A stretch of 47,241 bases of DNA. It comes from a virus. Its lineage: Duplodnaviria > Caudoviricetes. Made by a program: the position numbers and the translations under genes. The notes beneath the pieces were generated by a model. That model was not told the origin of the DNA. It saw only the letters and a program-made list of their open reading frames with translations, and searched no databases. Location: positions 1 to 47,241 of the IMG/VR virus record IMGVR_UViG_3300020045_015482. One strand, given 5' to 3'. This document shows, one piece after another, positions 15,681 through 26,027 of this stretch. Position 1 is the stretch's first letter. Each line of letters opens with the position of its first letter.

Positions 15681-17311
15681 TATTCGCTTTTTGGTTTTGG
15701 CGTTCTAAATGGATCGACTTCTTCTTTTTCGGCAATACACACTTCGGTAGTCATTAACATACCCGCTACACTTACCGCGTTCTCCACAGTTAAACGCACA
15801 ACTTTTGATGGGTCAATAACCCCTAGTTTAACTAGGTCGCCAGAAGTATTATTAAGGAAATCAAAACCATAACGAACATCGTCATTCTGAATTATTTCAG
15901 CGATAATCTCGCTTCCGTCAAGTCCGGAATTGCTGGCAATCTGTTTAATCGGTTCCTGAAGTGCTTTAATCAAAATACGGTTGCCAATCTTATCTTCCTC
16001 AAGGAATGAAAAGTCAAAGGTTTCAAGGTGTTTAGCGGCGCGAAGAAGCAGGACACCCCCACCTGGGACAATACCTTCTTCCAGGGCGGCGCGGGTAGCG
16101 TGAAGCGCATCCTCAATTCTCATTTTCTTTTCTTGGCTTTCAACCTCAGTTGAAGCCCCAACCTTGATAACCGCAACACCAGAAGTTAGTTTAGCAAGGC
16201 GTTCTTGAAGTTTGGCCTTCTCATAATCACTTTCGGTTTCAGACGCAAGTTTGTTAAGCTGTTGAACGCGGGCATCAATATGTTCTTTGCTTCCGCGCCC
16301 TCCGGTAAAAGTAGTAAAAGATTTAGTCGCCACAATGGTTTCAACTTGACCAAAATCCGTAATATCAATATCCTCAAATTTAAGACCGGAAGAATTACCG
16401 ACAACACGACCACCGGTGAGAATAGCTAAGTCGGTTAGCTGTTCGGTTCGGTTATCCCCAAAATAAGGAGCTTTACAAGCGAGAATTGGAATACCCCCCT
16501 TATGTCTATTAGCTACTAAGGTAGCCAAAGCTTGACCGGTAATGTTGTTGGCTATAATAACCAATGGGCGTTTTTCGGAATTTTCGCCCATAGCAAGCTC
16601 AACGGCCTTCATTAATGGCTGGATATGCCCGATTTCATAGTCAGCAATAAGAATATAGGGATTGTTCCACACCGCTTCCATGCGATTTACATCAGTAACA
16701 AAATAAGGGGAAATATACCCCTCGTTAAGTTGCATCCCTTCAATTGTTTCAATGTGGGTTGAAGAATCTCGGTAATTGTTTTCAATGGTGATAACCCCAT
16801 CTTTACCGGCCTTCTGGATTGCCTCAAAGATAAGCTTACCAATAACAGGATCGTTATTAGCTGAGATGGTGGCAATGCGGTAAATTTCTTCATCGGATGG
16901 GTTCTTAACAGTATTTTTCTTAATAAACTCAACAACTTCTTTAGCGGCGGAATCAAGACCGCGTTTGATAAGGATAGGGTTAGCCCCAGTACCTAAAACT
17001 TTTAAACTCTCAGCGAATATAGCTTGGGTTAAAAGGGCAACAGTGGTGGTTCCGTCGCCCGCGTCATCTGCGGTCTTCTGCGAAGCCTGACGTACCAATA
17101 ATAACCCCAACTGTTCATTTGTGTCCTTACATTCCATTTGGCGGGCAACGGTAATCCCGTCTTTTGTGACGAATGGGTAGCCATAATGGTTGCCGTAAAT
17201 AACATTTCGACCACGCGGGCCTAGGGTAACTTTAATGGCATTGGCAATAAGGTCAACACCCCTTTTAAGTTTGTCGCGAGCTTCATTGTTAAACAATATT
17301 ACTTTATCCAT
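15680..17311 (-). CDS. groEL: Group I chaperonin GroEL
   Basis: TLGPRGRNV, TKDGITVA, AGDGTTT, KAPYFGDNR, KLQERLAKL, GIVPGGG, GVIDP. Confidence 0.98.
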   Translation of the reverse strand: MDKVILFNNEARDKLKRGVDLIANAIKVTLGPRGRNVIYGNHYGYPFVTKDGITVARQMECKDTNEQLGLLLVRQASQKTADDAGDGTTTVALLTQAIFAESLKVLGTGANPILIKRGLDSAAKEVVEFIKKNTVKNPSDEEIYRIATISANNDPVIGKLIFEAIQKAGKDGVITIENNYRDSSTHIETIEGMQLNEGYISPYFVTDVNRMEAVWNNPYILIADYEIGHIQPLMKAVELAMGENSEKRPLVIIANNITGQALATLVANRHKGGIPILACKAPYFGDNRTEQLTDLAILTGGRVVGNSSGLKFEDIDITDFGQVETIVATKSFTTFTGGRGSKEHIDARVQQLNKLASETESDYEKAKLQERLAKLTSGVAVIKVGASTEVESQEKKMRIEDALHATRAALEEGIVPGGGVLLLRAAKHLETFDFSFLEEDKIGNRILIKALQEPIKQIASNSGLDGSEIIAEIIQNDDVRYGFDFLNNTSGDLVKLGVIDPSKVVRLTVENAVSVAGMLMTTEVCIAEKEEVDPFRTPKPKSE

Positions 17312-17320
17312 AATTCCTCT

Positions 17321-17536
17321 CTATGAGTTTAAAAGTTCCGCTTTGGCTAAAGCCGCTTCACGGTCAAGGTCTTCGTCGAGTACGGTGGTTGGCGTAACCG
17401 AAACAACTTGGTGATACTCAATCAAATTCTTTATGATGGTCTTGGCACAATGGATTTTCTCAGGGCTTGGCTTATCCCCGTCGAGCATTTCATCAATTAA
17501 TTTAAGGAGGAACAGTTGGTTCATTTTTTCACCCAC
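17321..17536 (-). CDS. Hypothetical protein
   Basis: ORF in chaperonin operon. Confidence 0.6.
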   Translation of the reverse strand: MGEKMNQLFLLKLIDEMLDGDKPSPEKIHCAKTIIKNLIEYHQVVSVTPTTVLDEDLDREAALAKAELLNS

Positions 17537-17931
17537 TGTAAAATCTTATCTATTAAGGTTGGTGGTTTTTGCGGTGTTGTTTCTTTTTGCGCTGGTTGTG
17601 CGGTTTCTTCTTTAATTACTGCTTTTTCCATTTCAAGACATATTTCAGCGCTTCGCTGACAAAATTCCTCATCAATAACCTTATTCTTGGGTTCCTTGTT
17701 ATAAAACCTAATATACATCTCCAGGTCTAAACACCGGATAAAGTCTTTTGATTTATCGCGAAGATTAAATTCAGGGACTTCCTTCCTCACCAAATATTCA
17801 ATCCGGTTAATAGCGGCAATACGGTTATAAAGGGCTATTTCTTGGGATTCGCCGCCTCGAAGGGTAAATGGCAGGTCTGAAGAAGTTAAAAAATTATCCG
17901 TTTGGTGGGTCACGTCGTTCAAGAACTCCAA
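17521..17931 (-). CDS. Hypothetical protein
   Basis: 136 aa ORF in chaperonin operon. Confidence 0.65.
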   Translation of the reverse strand: MEFLNDVTHQTDNFLTSSDLPFTLRGGESQEIALYNRIAAINRIEYLVRKEVPEFNLRDKSKDFIRCLDLEMYIRFYNKEPKNKVIDEEFCQRSAEICLEMEKAVIKEETAQPAQKETTPQKPPTLIDKILQWVKK

Positions 17932-18295
17932 GCTGGATATTTAAACCCCAACGTTTATCAAGATTTAGTTCATCACGAACCTTATTGATAATCTCATTTA
18001 TTTCTTTTTCGGAATCGGTGATTTCCTTATTAAGAGCGGTAAGCTGTTCTTCGAGTTGAAGTTTTTGCCGGCTGGTTACCATAAAGCGGTTAGCAACACC
18101 GGAATTTTTTACCATAGAACCCATAAGGGCTTTACGTTGGTCTGGATTCATGGCAATCTGAAAAACCATTTCACCGGTTTTGTTATCTTTAAAACCGATT
18201 TGTTTGCCAACTTCAAAAGTTGTTGGTTGGGCGGGGGTAGCAACTTGCGCGTCAACTGCTTCCACCTTCTCCTTTTTGTTAAGTAAACCTAACAT
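17894..18295 (-). CDS. Coiled-coil hypothetical protein
   Basis: AAGGAG RBS; heptads LEEQLTALNKEITDSEKEINEII. Confidence 0.7.
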   Translation of the reverse strand: MLGLLNKKEKVEAVDAQVATPAQPTTFEVGKQIGFKDNKTGEMVFQIAMNPDQRKALMGSMVKNSGVANRFMVTSRQKLQLEEQLTALNKEITDSEKEINEIINKVRDELNLDKRWGLNIQLGVLERRDPPNG

Positions 18296-18355
18296 CTGTA
18301 AGCTCCTTTGTGGCGGTTAAATAAGTGGTACAACATCTTGTACCTTATGTTAGGT

Positions 18356-18384
18356 AGCATAATGGAAATAAAATAAATTGTCAA
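18356..18384 (-). promoter_or_regulatory. Sigma70-type promoter for chaperonin operon
   Basis: On - strand TTGACA (18384-18379), 17 bp, TATGCT (18361-18356). Confidence 0.75.
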
Positions 18385-18401
18385 ATGTAAATTTGTAATT
18401 T

Positions 18402-19562
18402 TTATCTAAAAAGTAATTTCATTGCGGGAAGATTGCGAACCGCATTAATTATTCTAGCCCCTTTAAGTGTTTGACCGGTAACTTTTGTAATATTTTGTCC
18501 AACTAAACGATTTTCTTTTGTACTGGTTAAATAATTAGTTAAAAATCTTTCACCTTTACCAGTTTTTATAGAGTTTCCAAAAACATCAATTTTGTCGTCA
18601 ATAGAATCAAATATTTCTTTAAAATTTGCATACCTAGCCTGACCACTTTTAAACGCCGGAATATCAATTTGGTCTTTAATGCTATTTAATAAATCATTTG
18701 CTAGGTTTCTAGCTTGTCTTCCTAAACTACTATCAATGGGGGCTGAATCTCGAATATTTTTATATTCTTCGATAATGTCTTTAATTTTAACATTTCCATT
18801 CTGCCATTTTCTTCCAATAGATGTATAAGATTTTAATAGCTGTGAATCAACTTTATTTAATGGTTTTACCCATTTTTCAGAAAGAGGATCATAAAGCCTT
18901 CTATTTACCATTGATTGTGTAAAGTTTTCCATTAACGGTTCAGCTTTAATTTCACCTTTAACATCACCCAAAGAGTCAAGCATTTTTCCATATTCAGCTA
19001 TTTCTTTTTTATAATATTCTTTCATTCCAGCTCTAGTTGCGGTTACTTTATTTCCAGCGTAATCTCTTAATGGAGAAACTATTTTATTAACTGTTTCTTT
19101 TGTTGAGTTTATTCCTTTTTTAGTTAAATTACCAGCTAATTTTTGAATTGGCTTTACACCGCCACCAGCTATCCAAGTTAATGGAGAACTTAAAGTATCA
19201 AGGGTATAAGCCCCAACATCTCTAGCAAGTCCAGCATTAAATTGACCCATGGCTTCTGGAATATCTCTTGGTAGTTGTTTAGCGATAGGAGATTCTTGAG
19301 AACGTTGAGTTAAAGTTTTCCCCGATATTCTTTGGGTAAGTGGAGTAGCAACCAAATCAATGGTTGATTTTGCTCCGGCCTTTATTTTACTAAACTGTTC
19401 ACCGCCAATACGTTTATTTTTTTCAGGTATAGATTCAAATTTAGCGGGTTGTCCACCACCAGACATAGCCATAGATTTTCTTTTTTTTTCAAATTCAATA
19501 ATTTGTTCAGTAGAAAATCCAGCTTCTCTTGCTTTTTTAAATTGTTCCTGACTTAATGGCAT
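18402..19562 (-). CDS. Putative internal virion / DNA ejection protein
   Basis: Helical, last of the post-tail cluster; N-terminal KAREAGFSTEQI. Confidence 0.55.
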   Translation of the reverse strand: MPLSQEQFKKAREAGFSTEQIIEFEKKRKSMAMSGGGQPAKFESIPEKNKRIGGEQFSKIKAGAKSTIDLVATPLTQRISGKTLTQRSQESPIAKQLPRDIPEAMGQFNAGLARDVGAYTLDTLSSPLTWIAGGGVKPIQKLAGNLTKKGINSTKETVNKIVSPLRDYAGNKVTATRAGMKEYYKKEIAEYGKMLDSLGDVKGEIKAEPLMENFTQSMVNRRLYDPLSEKWVKPLNKVDSQLLKSYTSIGRKWQNGNVKIKDIIEEYKNIRDSAPIDSSLGRQARNLANDLLNSIKDQIDIPAFKSGQARYANFKEIFDSIDDKIDVFGNSIKTGKGERFLTNYLTSTKENRLVGQNITKVTGQTLKGARIINAVRNLPAMKLLFR

Positions 19563-20380
19563 TATTCACCTATTGATTGCAAAAATCGTTTATATTCAGG
19601 GTCATCAGTAGAATTTAACCCACCAGTAGAGCTTTGTTCATATCTATTAGGGTTTGATAAAGTTCTTTTACCACCAAGAACTTGATTATAATTATCATAA
19701 AAATTCCCAAGTTGGTCTAACCCTTCAAACAAGGCTTCTGGATTACTTAAAACTCCACCATAAAATTGATTATATAACATTTTAGTTTCATCTTCTCTAG
19801 CAGCAACCCCTGTTTGTATAAGTTGTCTGGCAGAAAGAGCGGTTGAAAGTTTTCTAAAAATTCTTTGTCCTTCTTTATCGTTAGGCGCTAATTTATTTTT
19901 ACCCAATTGTGCTCTTAAAGCTAAATCCCTTCTAAACGAATTTGGTGTTCCATCAGGAAAAAGTAATTTTTTAACATCTTGAACATTTCCAATTGATTCA
20001 TTTGCTAAAGTGTATAATCCAGCTTTATCCCCAGATATTGTTAGTTTTCTGTATATTGGAGTATTGTCTTTTCGATAACCAATAACTTCCATTCCTTCAG
20101 GTGCTTCTTCAGAAAATTGATTAGACTGTGGATTTACCTCTAACCCCATATCTTTAAACGCTCCACTAGCCATTCCAGAAGCTTCTTGGGAAAAACGAAG
20201 TTGATTAGAATTAACCCCGGCTTCTGCAATTCTTCCGCGCTGTTGAAGGGTTTCATTTTCTAATTTCCATTGATGTTGACGTTTAGCATCTTCAAATTGA
20301 CGCTTTAAATTAAGCATAGAGGAAACAGCACTAAATGGGCGGGTTCCTCTTGCCGCCATTCCTGTTCTATAATCTGGCAT
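19562..20380 (-). CDS. Putative internal virion / DNA ejection protein
   Basis: Position, TAATG coupling, helical composition. Confidence 0.55.
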   Translation of the reverse strand: MPDYRTGMAARGTRPFSAVSSMLNLKRQFEDAKRQHQWKLENETLQQRGRIAEAGVNSNQLRFSQEASGMASGAFKDMGLEVNPQSNQFSEEAPEGMEVIGYRKDNTPIYRKLTISGDKAGLYTLANESIGNVQDVKKLLFPDGTPNSFRRDLALRAQLGKNKLAPNDKEGQRIFRKLSTALSARQLIQTGVAAREDETKMLYNQFYGGVLSNPEALFEGLDQLGNFYDNYNQVLGGKRTLSNPNRYEQSSTGGLNSTDDPEYKRFLQSIGE

Positions 20381-20757
20381 TATCGCATCCCTCCGCTGGC
20401 ACCAGTAACTTGACCAGCCATTTGTTCCGCTGTAATACGTTGTCCGTTAACAATCATTCCCGCAAGACCGTGACGAACAACTAAATCTTCTAATATTTGC
20501 GGGTTTTGTTCAATTAATTGCATAACGGTTTGAAATGGAATGTTCATTCCTGTTTGTTGGGCTATTTGCGGCCACAACATAACAAGTTTGTTCATGTCCA
20601 CATAACCTTGTTGGTCAACCGCTTGTTGAATGGCCATACCTAACGCTTCAATAACCTTATTTATATCACCGCCAACCTGTGCTTGGCCTGGGGCTATTGT
20701 TGTCCCCGCACTTGGCGGTTGTGCGGCACCGGCCATTTGTTCTGGTGTCATTGCCAT
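20380..20757 (-). CDS. Gln/Ala/Met-rich virion-associated protein
   Basis: GGAGG RBS; repeated (M/I)T(P/A)EQMAG at both ends. Confidence 0.6.
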   Translation of the reverse strand: MAMTPEQMAGAAQPPSAGTTIAPGQAQVGGDINKVIEALGMAIQQAVDQQGYVDMNKLVMLWPQIAQQTGMNIPFQTVMQLIEQNPQILEDLVVRHGLAGMIVNGQRITAEQMAGQVTGASGGMR

Positions 20758-20762
20758 ATTAC

Positions 20763-22469
20763 TTACCTCCCTAATACTGATGAAAGATTGCTTTGTTGTT
20801 CATTATTTCCTAAATTTATAGTGATTCCGCCTTGTTCTTTAGAAGCACTTCCAATAGAAAATATTTCTTGAATAATTTTTTGAAAATCATCATAATTGTC
20901 TTGTTCAACTGCGGCTTTTAATTCTTCATCACGCCCAATCATAGCGGCTAATTCCATAGCTGAAGTAAAATCAAATTGACCTTGTTTAATTGATTGTTCT
21001 AAAGCCCATTGATGAATACCAATAGCTTGAGTTGTGGCTTGTTGGTCAAGTTCATTTTGAAGATTTGCTCTGGCTTCTGCCCATTGACGGTTAATCTCAT
21101 CATATTGTTTACGGGCATCAGAAGAAGTTTCAATGCTTTGACCAGAGTTAGCGGCAATTCGTTGAACTTGAGCTAATGCTTCCTCATACTTTTTATCTAT
21201 TTCAAGAAGTGAACGATTTCCTGCATTTGGATTAAGGAGTTCATTTTTTAAATCAGGAATAGACATTGTAAGATAACGATTAAGTTGTTCATTAGTTGCA
21301 GAAGGTAATGTGCTTCCTTGAAGATATTGGCTTGCTTTATCAAAAGCCGCAATAGAATCTGGATTGTATTCTGGCGGTTTATTTAATCCACTTAAAGCTA
21401 GCCCTGCACCAACTTTTAATACATCGGGAGATATTTTACCAAATATTGATTCAAGTCCGCTTCCTTTAGCTGGTTGTTGTGTCATAGAATTTTGTACTGA
21501 CGATTGACCTAAAGAAGAAGGAATTGATTGAGAAAGATTTTTTGTTCCACTGGCTAAAACCGCAGAACCAATGTTCCCAACGTTAGAAGATTGGAAGCTT
21601 GAAGTTCCGCCACCAAAAGCCCCAAGTTGTTGAGAAAGACTTGGTGTGCTTTGTCCAGTAAGGCTACGGATAGAAGAAAATCCACCTAACGGTTCCACAC
21701 CACCCCCACCAGCTGCGTTAGAACTTTTCCCTAATAATCCACCAGTAACAGAACTTAACCCGCTACTTAATCTTCCACCAATTCCAGCTGAAGTGTTAAG
21801 GTTAGCACCGGAATTAAAACTTTGTAATCCTTTTGCCCCGAAATATCCGCCAAGTCCAGCAAGTATTGGCGCACCATAACTTTTATTTTTGATAGCGCTT
21901 GGAAGTTCAGCGGCTAATCCAGCGGCTCCAGCAAGTAATGGTGAAAAACGACCACCTAACCCACCCATAGCCCCGCCACCAATAGCGCCAAGAGGAATTC
22001 TCCACCATTGTCCTTTTGTGGCACCACCACTAGCGGCAATGCCACCACCAGCAGCTCCACCTAAAATACCCCCAAATATCCCACCAGCGCCAGGAACAAT
22101 TAAATTACCGACAACAGAACCAATAAAAGGAAGAATGGTTGAAGCTATACCTCTCCCACTTTTCTTTCCATTGATTTGTTTAGCGAGGCTGTAAGGTAAG
22201 GGTTGACCAATCGGCTGAGGTGTTAATACCCACCCCGTATAATTATCTTGGGGAATAGCTTGTCCATCTTCAATTAAAATGAAATGATTGTTAGAATGAA
22301 AAATAGCCGGTCTTTGCACAAGCGGAAGTTTATCCACATCAACCTTACAAAAATAAAGTTTTATTCCGTTATCTTTAGCTAAATGAAGAAGGGTAAACAT
22401 TGAAATGTTTTCAAGTTTCGCAATTCCTTCTAACGCTTTAATTCCACAATTTTGTGCCGACATTTTCAT
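20763..22469 (-). CDS. Putative ejection protein with N-terminal C39-like peptidase domain and glycine-zipper region
   Basis: QNCG..AL, LLHLAKDNG, PAIFH..NHFILIED; then GIFGGILGGAAGGG zippers; C-terminal coiled coil; start may be 22463. Confidence 0.65.
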   Translation of the reverse strand: MKMSAQNCGIKALEGIAKLENISMFTLLHLAKDNGIKLYFCKVDVDKLPLVQRPAIFHSNNHFILIEDGQAIPQDNYTGWVLTPQPIGQPLPYSLAKQINGKKSGRGIASTILPFIGSVVGNLIVPGAGGIFGGILGGAAGGGIAASGGATKGQWWRIPLGAIGGGAMGGLGGRFSPLLAGAAGLAAELPSAIKNKSYGAPILAGLGGYFGAKGLQSFNSGANLNTSAGIGGRLSSGLSSVTGGLLGKSSNAAGGGGVEPLGGFSSIRSLTGQSTPSLSQQLGAFGGGTSSFQSSNVGNIGSAVLASGTKNLSQSIPSSLGQSSVQNSMTQQPAKGSGLESIFGKISPDVLKVGAGLALSGLNKPPEYNPDSIAAFDKASQYLQGSTLPSATNEQLNRYLTMSIPDLKNELLNPNAGNRSLLEIDKKYEEALAQVQRIAANSGQSIETSSDARKQYDEINRQWAEARANLQNELDQQATTQAIGIHQWALEQSIKQGQFDFTSAMELAAMIGRDEELKAAVEQDNYDDFQKIIQEIFSIGSASKEQGGITINLGNNEQQSNLSSVLGR

Positions 22470-22920
22470 TCTCCTTTAAGATGTTCTTTATCCTTACAAA
22501 CTTATTTGAAGGTATGTTATACCAAAAAACCTCATTAACCTGTCTATCATACCGCTGTTTAATTTCACGACGAATTTCATAAACGCTTCCGCCGTTTAAA
22601 ACACAAAAACTAATATAGATGTTGTCGCCGGTTTTAATATCATCAGGGACTTTCCACGTTACTTTATTAATCTGATGTTCATCTTTTTTGTTAATCATTA
22701 TCCATCCGCAAACCCCAACTACTTCACCTAAATCGTTACGCTGAATAATAATTTGTTTTGCTTCAATTAACATTATGAGTTGGCGATAATAATTGCGATA
22801 ATATTTTCTTCGGCTTTCAAAAAAGAAACCGCCATTCTCATAAATAAACCGCTCAATATCGAGAATTAGTTTCCAACGCCGATAAGTCGCTCTGTCAGAG
22901 TTATTGACCATACTTTCCAT
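22438..22920 (-). CDS. HlyC-like (RTX toxin-activating) acyltransferase, putative
   Basis: KQIIIQRNDLGEVVGVCGW...VPDDIKTGDNIYISF resembles the HlyC pattern Q..G.P.AFCSW...DW.SGDR.W.ID; start uncertain. Confidence 0.55.
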   Translation of the reverse strand: MESMVNNSDRATYRRWKLILDIERFIYENGGFFFESRRKYYRNYYRQLIMLIEAKQIIIQRNDLGEVVGVCGWIMINKKDEHQINKVTWKVPDDIKTGDNIYISFCVLNGGSVYEIRREIKQRYDRQVNEVFWYNIPSNKFVRIKNILKENENVGTKLWN

Positions 22921-25900
22921 GCCGCGGTTGTTGTGTTATCCGCTATTTTAAATTGAATAAGATTGTCTATTCTGCCTGGTGCGTAAAGATGAACATAGGT
23001 GCCACTACTGATAGATTTTGTTGCTACAAAAGATGATTCGTAATCGCCACGCCAAGTGATTGTGGGAGCGGCAGCTTGTGACGGTGTTTCAACATTAATT
23101 TCATCAATGCGGTTAAGCTTTAATGATGTGCCTAAACGGATTGAAGTCCAATAAGAGTTAATGGATGAACTGTTATCACTATTTCCTTCATTAAGTAAAG
23201 CTATTTGTCCAGCTGTTGAAGCTAAAGCATAAACTCTTCTTAAACCATTACCATTATCAGAAACATCACCATAAGTAAAATTTCTATTGCTTGCTGGCCA
23301 TAAAGATTTTAATACATAATCATAAATTATTGAAAAATCGGGAGTGGTGCTTGAACCCATTGGAACAAAAAGTTCATAATGGTTTTTATCTTTATGGATA
23401 ACTGCAAAAACTTTGTCTAAAGCGGCTGAATTAATGTTATCAAAATAAACATTAGATAAACTGTTACTTGGATTCATTTCATCAGAAATTGATAAACTTG
23501 CCGCACCATTAAATAAATAAAGACGACGGTCTGTGCCTAAAAATAAAACCATTTCACCATCACCATCTGGGGTGTCTATATTTTTAATTGAACGCGGGGA
23601 TCTTGTTCCTACTGTTTTTTTAACTTGTTTTATTTCAACCAATGGAAAAGAATAGGTATAGGTAAAACGATGGATTGACCAAGCTTTAGTTACATACATA
23701 CGATCATTAAGAATAAAATTTCCAGTTATTCCAATATCGCCTGGTGTAACAATATCATTAGTTCCGCTATCCGTTCCACTCCAATCGTTATAGAAACCAA
23801 TAGCGGAGCGTTGAACCCTATCTGAAAAATCAGAGGAGTAAGCAACAGTTCCTGCTGGAATTAAAGCCCAAGAATCAGCGTAAAAAGTATCGCTGGTAAC
23901 AACATTCATGTTGACTGTAATGTTGGTAACGCTTGACGCTGTGGTAAATTGAAGATAACGGTATTCCCAAGCAGTACTTGCCCCACTAAATACACTAGAA
24001 CTATAAGTGTTGACACCATCGGTAACATAAAATGAATATTGACCTGAGGAGGGTGGTTTAACCCAACCAGCCACATAAAATGAAGTTCCGGAAACCGCTG
24101 AAGGAGTAGCCATAGTTTGAGTAAAAGTTCCCGTACCACTTAACTTAACTGAATAAGTTCCTTCTTTTATGGTTGTTCCTTCGCGGGCAACTGTTAAAGA
24201 TGTTGTGGCGTGCCAACAAAATGGTGCAATTGGGGTGGTGGCGCTAGCCACGCTATTAGCCGTTGTAATTGTATGGGCAGAAGCGCTGGCATCTGTAAAT
24301 CCTGAATCCAAATGAAGAAGAAGAACGGTATTTGAATCACTAGAATAATTGCTTGTAGTAATATCATAACCAGCGGTAAATCGAGCTGAAGAAGAAACTC
24401 GGTATTCATCAAAAGCGGCATTAATTTTTGCCGCACTGCCAGCAATAGCCCCAATATAAATGGTGGTTGAAAGGTCTGGTAATGAAGTAACGCCAAGTTC
24501 GGTTGTAGCTGAAACAGAAAGGTTTTGCCCATCCCTAAACATCATAAGGGCGGAACCATCACGAACCAAAGAAACATTGTACCACTGAGCGCTATTCCAC
24601 GTTAAACTAGGTGTTGAATGATAAGCAATAGTAACTCCATTAGTCACACATGAAAATACCAAAGCACCATTAACAACGTGCCAATAGATTTGGTTATTGG
24701 TGGCAGTTGATTGTGTATAAAGTCCTTGAGCGGCGGTTGAAGTTGATGCAAAATTAATAAAAGATTCAATGGTGAAATCATTAGCGGCAAAAGCAAAATT
24801 AGCGTGGTCAGCTAAAGAAAGATAACTTCCAGAAGCAGATGAAAATGTCGCACAACTTCCGTTCATCGGCCCCCAACCTTCAAATTGGGTATTTTGAAAT
24901 CGATTTGTTGTGGCTGCAACAGAATTAAGATACATATAATCAATATAAACATCGGCTACGGTACCGCTGCCAGCGGCTTCCGCAATCAAATCTATTTGAC
25001 CGTCATTAGCGGTGCTGGCATTTGAACAGTCTACTTGAAGCCCGACCGGTTCATTATTCTTAAAAATATCAACTTTAGCTGAAGTTGTTGTTCCACCCGT
25101 AACAATAAAATTCCAAGTGTCCCAAGAATCTTCAGAAACAAGATTAACACCAACTTCATTAAAAGCCGAGCCATCATAAATATCAAGACCGTCGTCAGAA
25201 AATCTGGCTCGAAAAAGCATGATTCCGTTGTAAATATTGAATTCAAAGTAATCGCCGTTGGCGATAGTATTTAAAGTATTAAAATTAGTACGAACCTCGA
25301 AAGAAAAATTATCAGAAAACAAACCAACATCTTTAGTGCGCTTCGCATCGTCGTTATTAATACTGCCACCGGTTAACCTAAACGTGCTTTTCCCATCAAA
25401 CGTGGTCTGAACTGAAGCTCCCGTTCCCGTGTCATTATCTGTCCAGCTAGTAATAGAGGAACATTCTTCACTTAATTCTGACCCACCGCCAATATTCATA
25501 AGCCAAACATGATTTTTCCACACTTGAATATATTTGGCAAATGGGGCAGTTCCGGCACCGTTGGTTTCAAGGTCGAAATGGCTAGAGTCGGTAACCCGCA
25601 TAAACTGTGGTTTATCGCGGTTTTCGGTGGTCATTAAAAGAGTGCCGTTAAAAGTTTGAAAGTGCATAATACCGTTGGAGAAATCGGTGCCGTTGGCGGA
25701 ATCGTTGCTGACCGTGTCAAGTGTCCCATCCCAAGCGTTTGAAACAACGTCAATCTTTGATAGTGTTGAACCAAAAAACACCATCATAAATTGATCGGTG
25801 GCGTTCTTTACCCAATTATAGAAGCCGTTGCCTTGACCGGTGGTAACAGTTCCGTTGACAACCGTGTACCCATCACGACGGCGAAGCAATAACCCATCAG

Positions 25901-26021
25901 AGTAAACGTTAAGACAGTCTACGGAAAATTTAGGGTCTATGCCTTTTTCTGGGGGTCTTGTTACTTGACCGCCAGTAAAATCTTTAATCTCAATTATATT
26001 ACGACCTGTGCCACCCTTCAT
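22866..26021 (-). CDS. Tail stabilisation/nozzle protein (P22 gp10-like) with inserted LamG/lectin-like domains
   Basis: N-terminal DFTGG..LRRRDGY, propeller-like ends; internal DFTIESFI...FDEYRVS...NTVLLLHLD. Confidence 0.7.
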   Translation of the reverse strand: MKGGTGRNIIEIKDFTGGQVTRPPEKGIDPKFSVDCLNVYSDGLLLRRRDGYTVVNGTVTTGQGNGFYNWVKNATDQFMMVFFGSTLSKIDVVSNAWDGTLDTVSNDSANGTDFSNGIMHFQTFNGTLLMTTENRDKPQFMRVTDSSHFDLETNGAGTAPFAKYIQVWKNHVWLMNIGGGSELSEECSSITSWTDNDTGTGASVQTTFDGKSTFRLTGGSINNDDAKRTKDVGLFSDNFSFEVRTNFNTLNTIANGDYFEFNIYNGIMLFRARFSDDGLDIYDGSAFNEVGVNLVSEDSWDTWNFIVTGGTTTSAKVDIFKNNEPVGLQVDCSNASTANDGQIDLIAEAAGSGTVADVYIDYMYLNSVAATTNRFQNTQFEGWGPMNGSCATFSSASGSYLSLADHANFAFAANDFTIESFINFASTSTAAQGLYTQSTATNNQIYWHVVNGALVFSCVTNGVTIAYHSTPSLTWNSAQWYNVSLVRDGSALMMFRDGQNLSVSATTELGVTSLPDLSTTIYIGAIAGSAAKINAAFDEYRVSSSARFTAGYDITTSNYSSDSNTVLLLHLDSGFTDASASAHTITTANSVASATTPIAPFCWHATTSLTVAREGTTIKEGTYSVKLSGTGTFTQTMATPSAVSGTSFYVAGWVKPPSSGQYSFYVTDGVNTYSSSVFSGASTAWEYRYLQFTTASSVTNITVNMNVVTSDTFYADSWALIPAGTVAYSSDFSDRVQRSAIGFYNDWSGTDSGTNDIVTPGDIGITGNFILNDRMYVTKAWSIHRFTYTYSFPLVEIKQVKKTVGTRSPRSIKNIDTPDGDGEMVLFLGTDRRLYLFNGAASLSISDEMNPSNSLSNVYFDNINSAALDKVFAVIHKDKNHYELFVPMGSSTTPDFSIIYDYVLKSLWPASNRNFTYGDVSDNGNGLRRVYALASTAGQIALLNEGNSDNSSSINSYWTSIRLGTSLKLNRIDEINVETPSQAAAPTITWRGDYESSFVATKSISSGTYVHLYAPGRIDNLIQFKIADNTTTAAWKVWSITLTERLIGVGN

Positions 26022-26027
26022 AATTCC

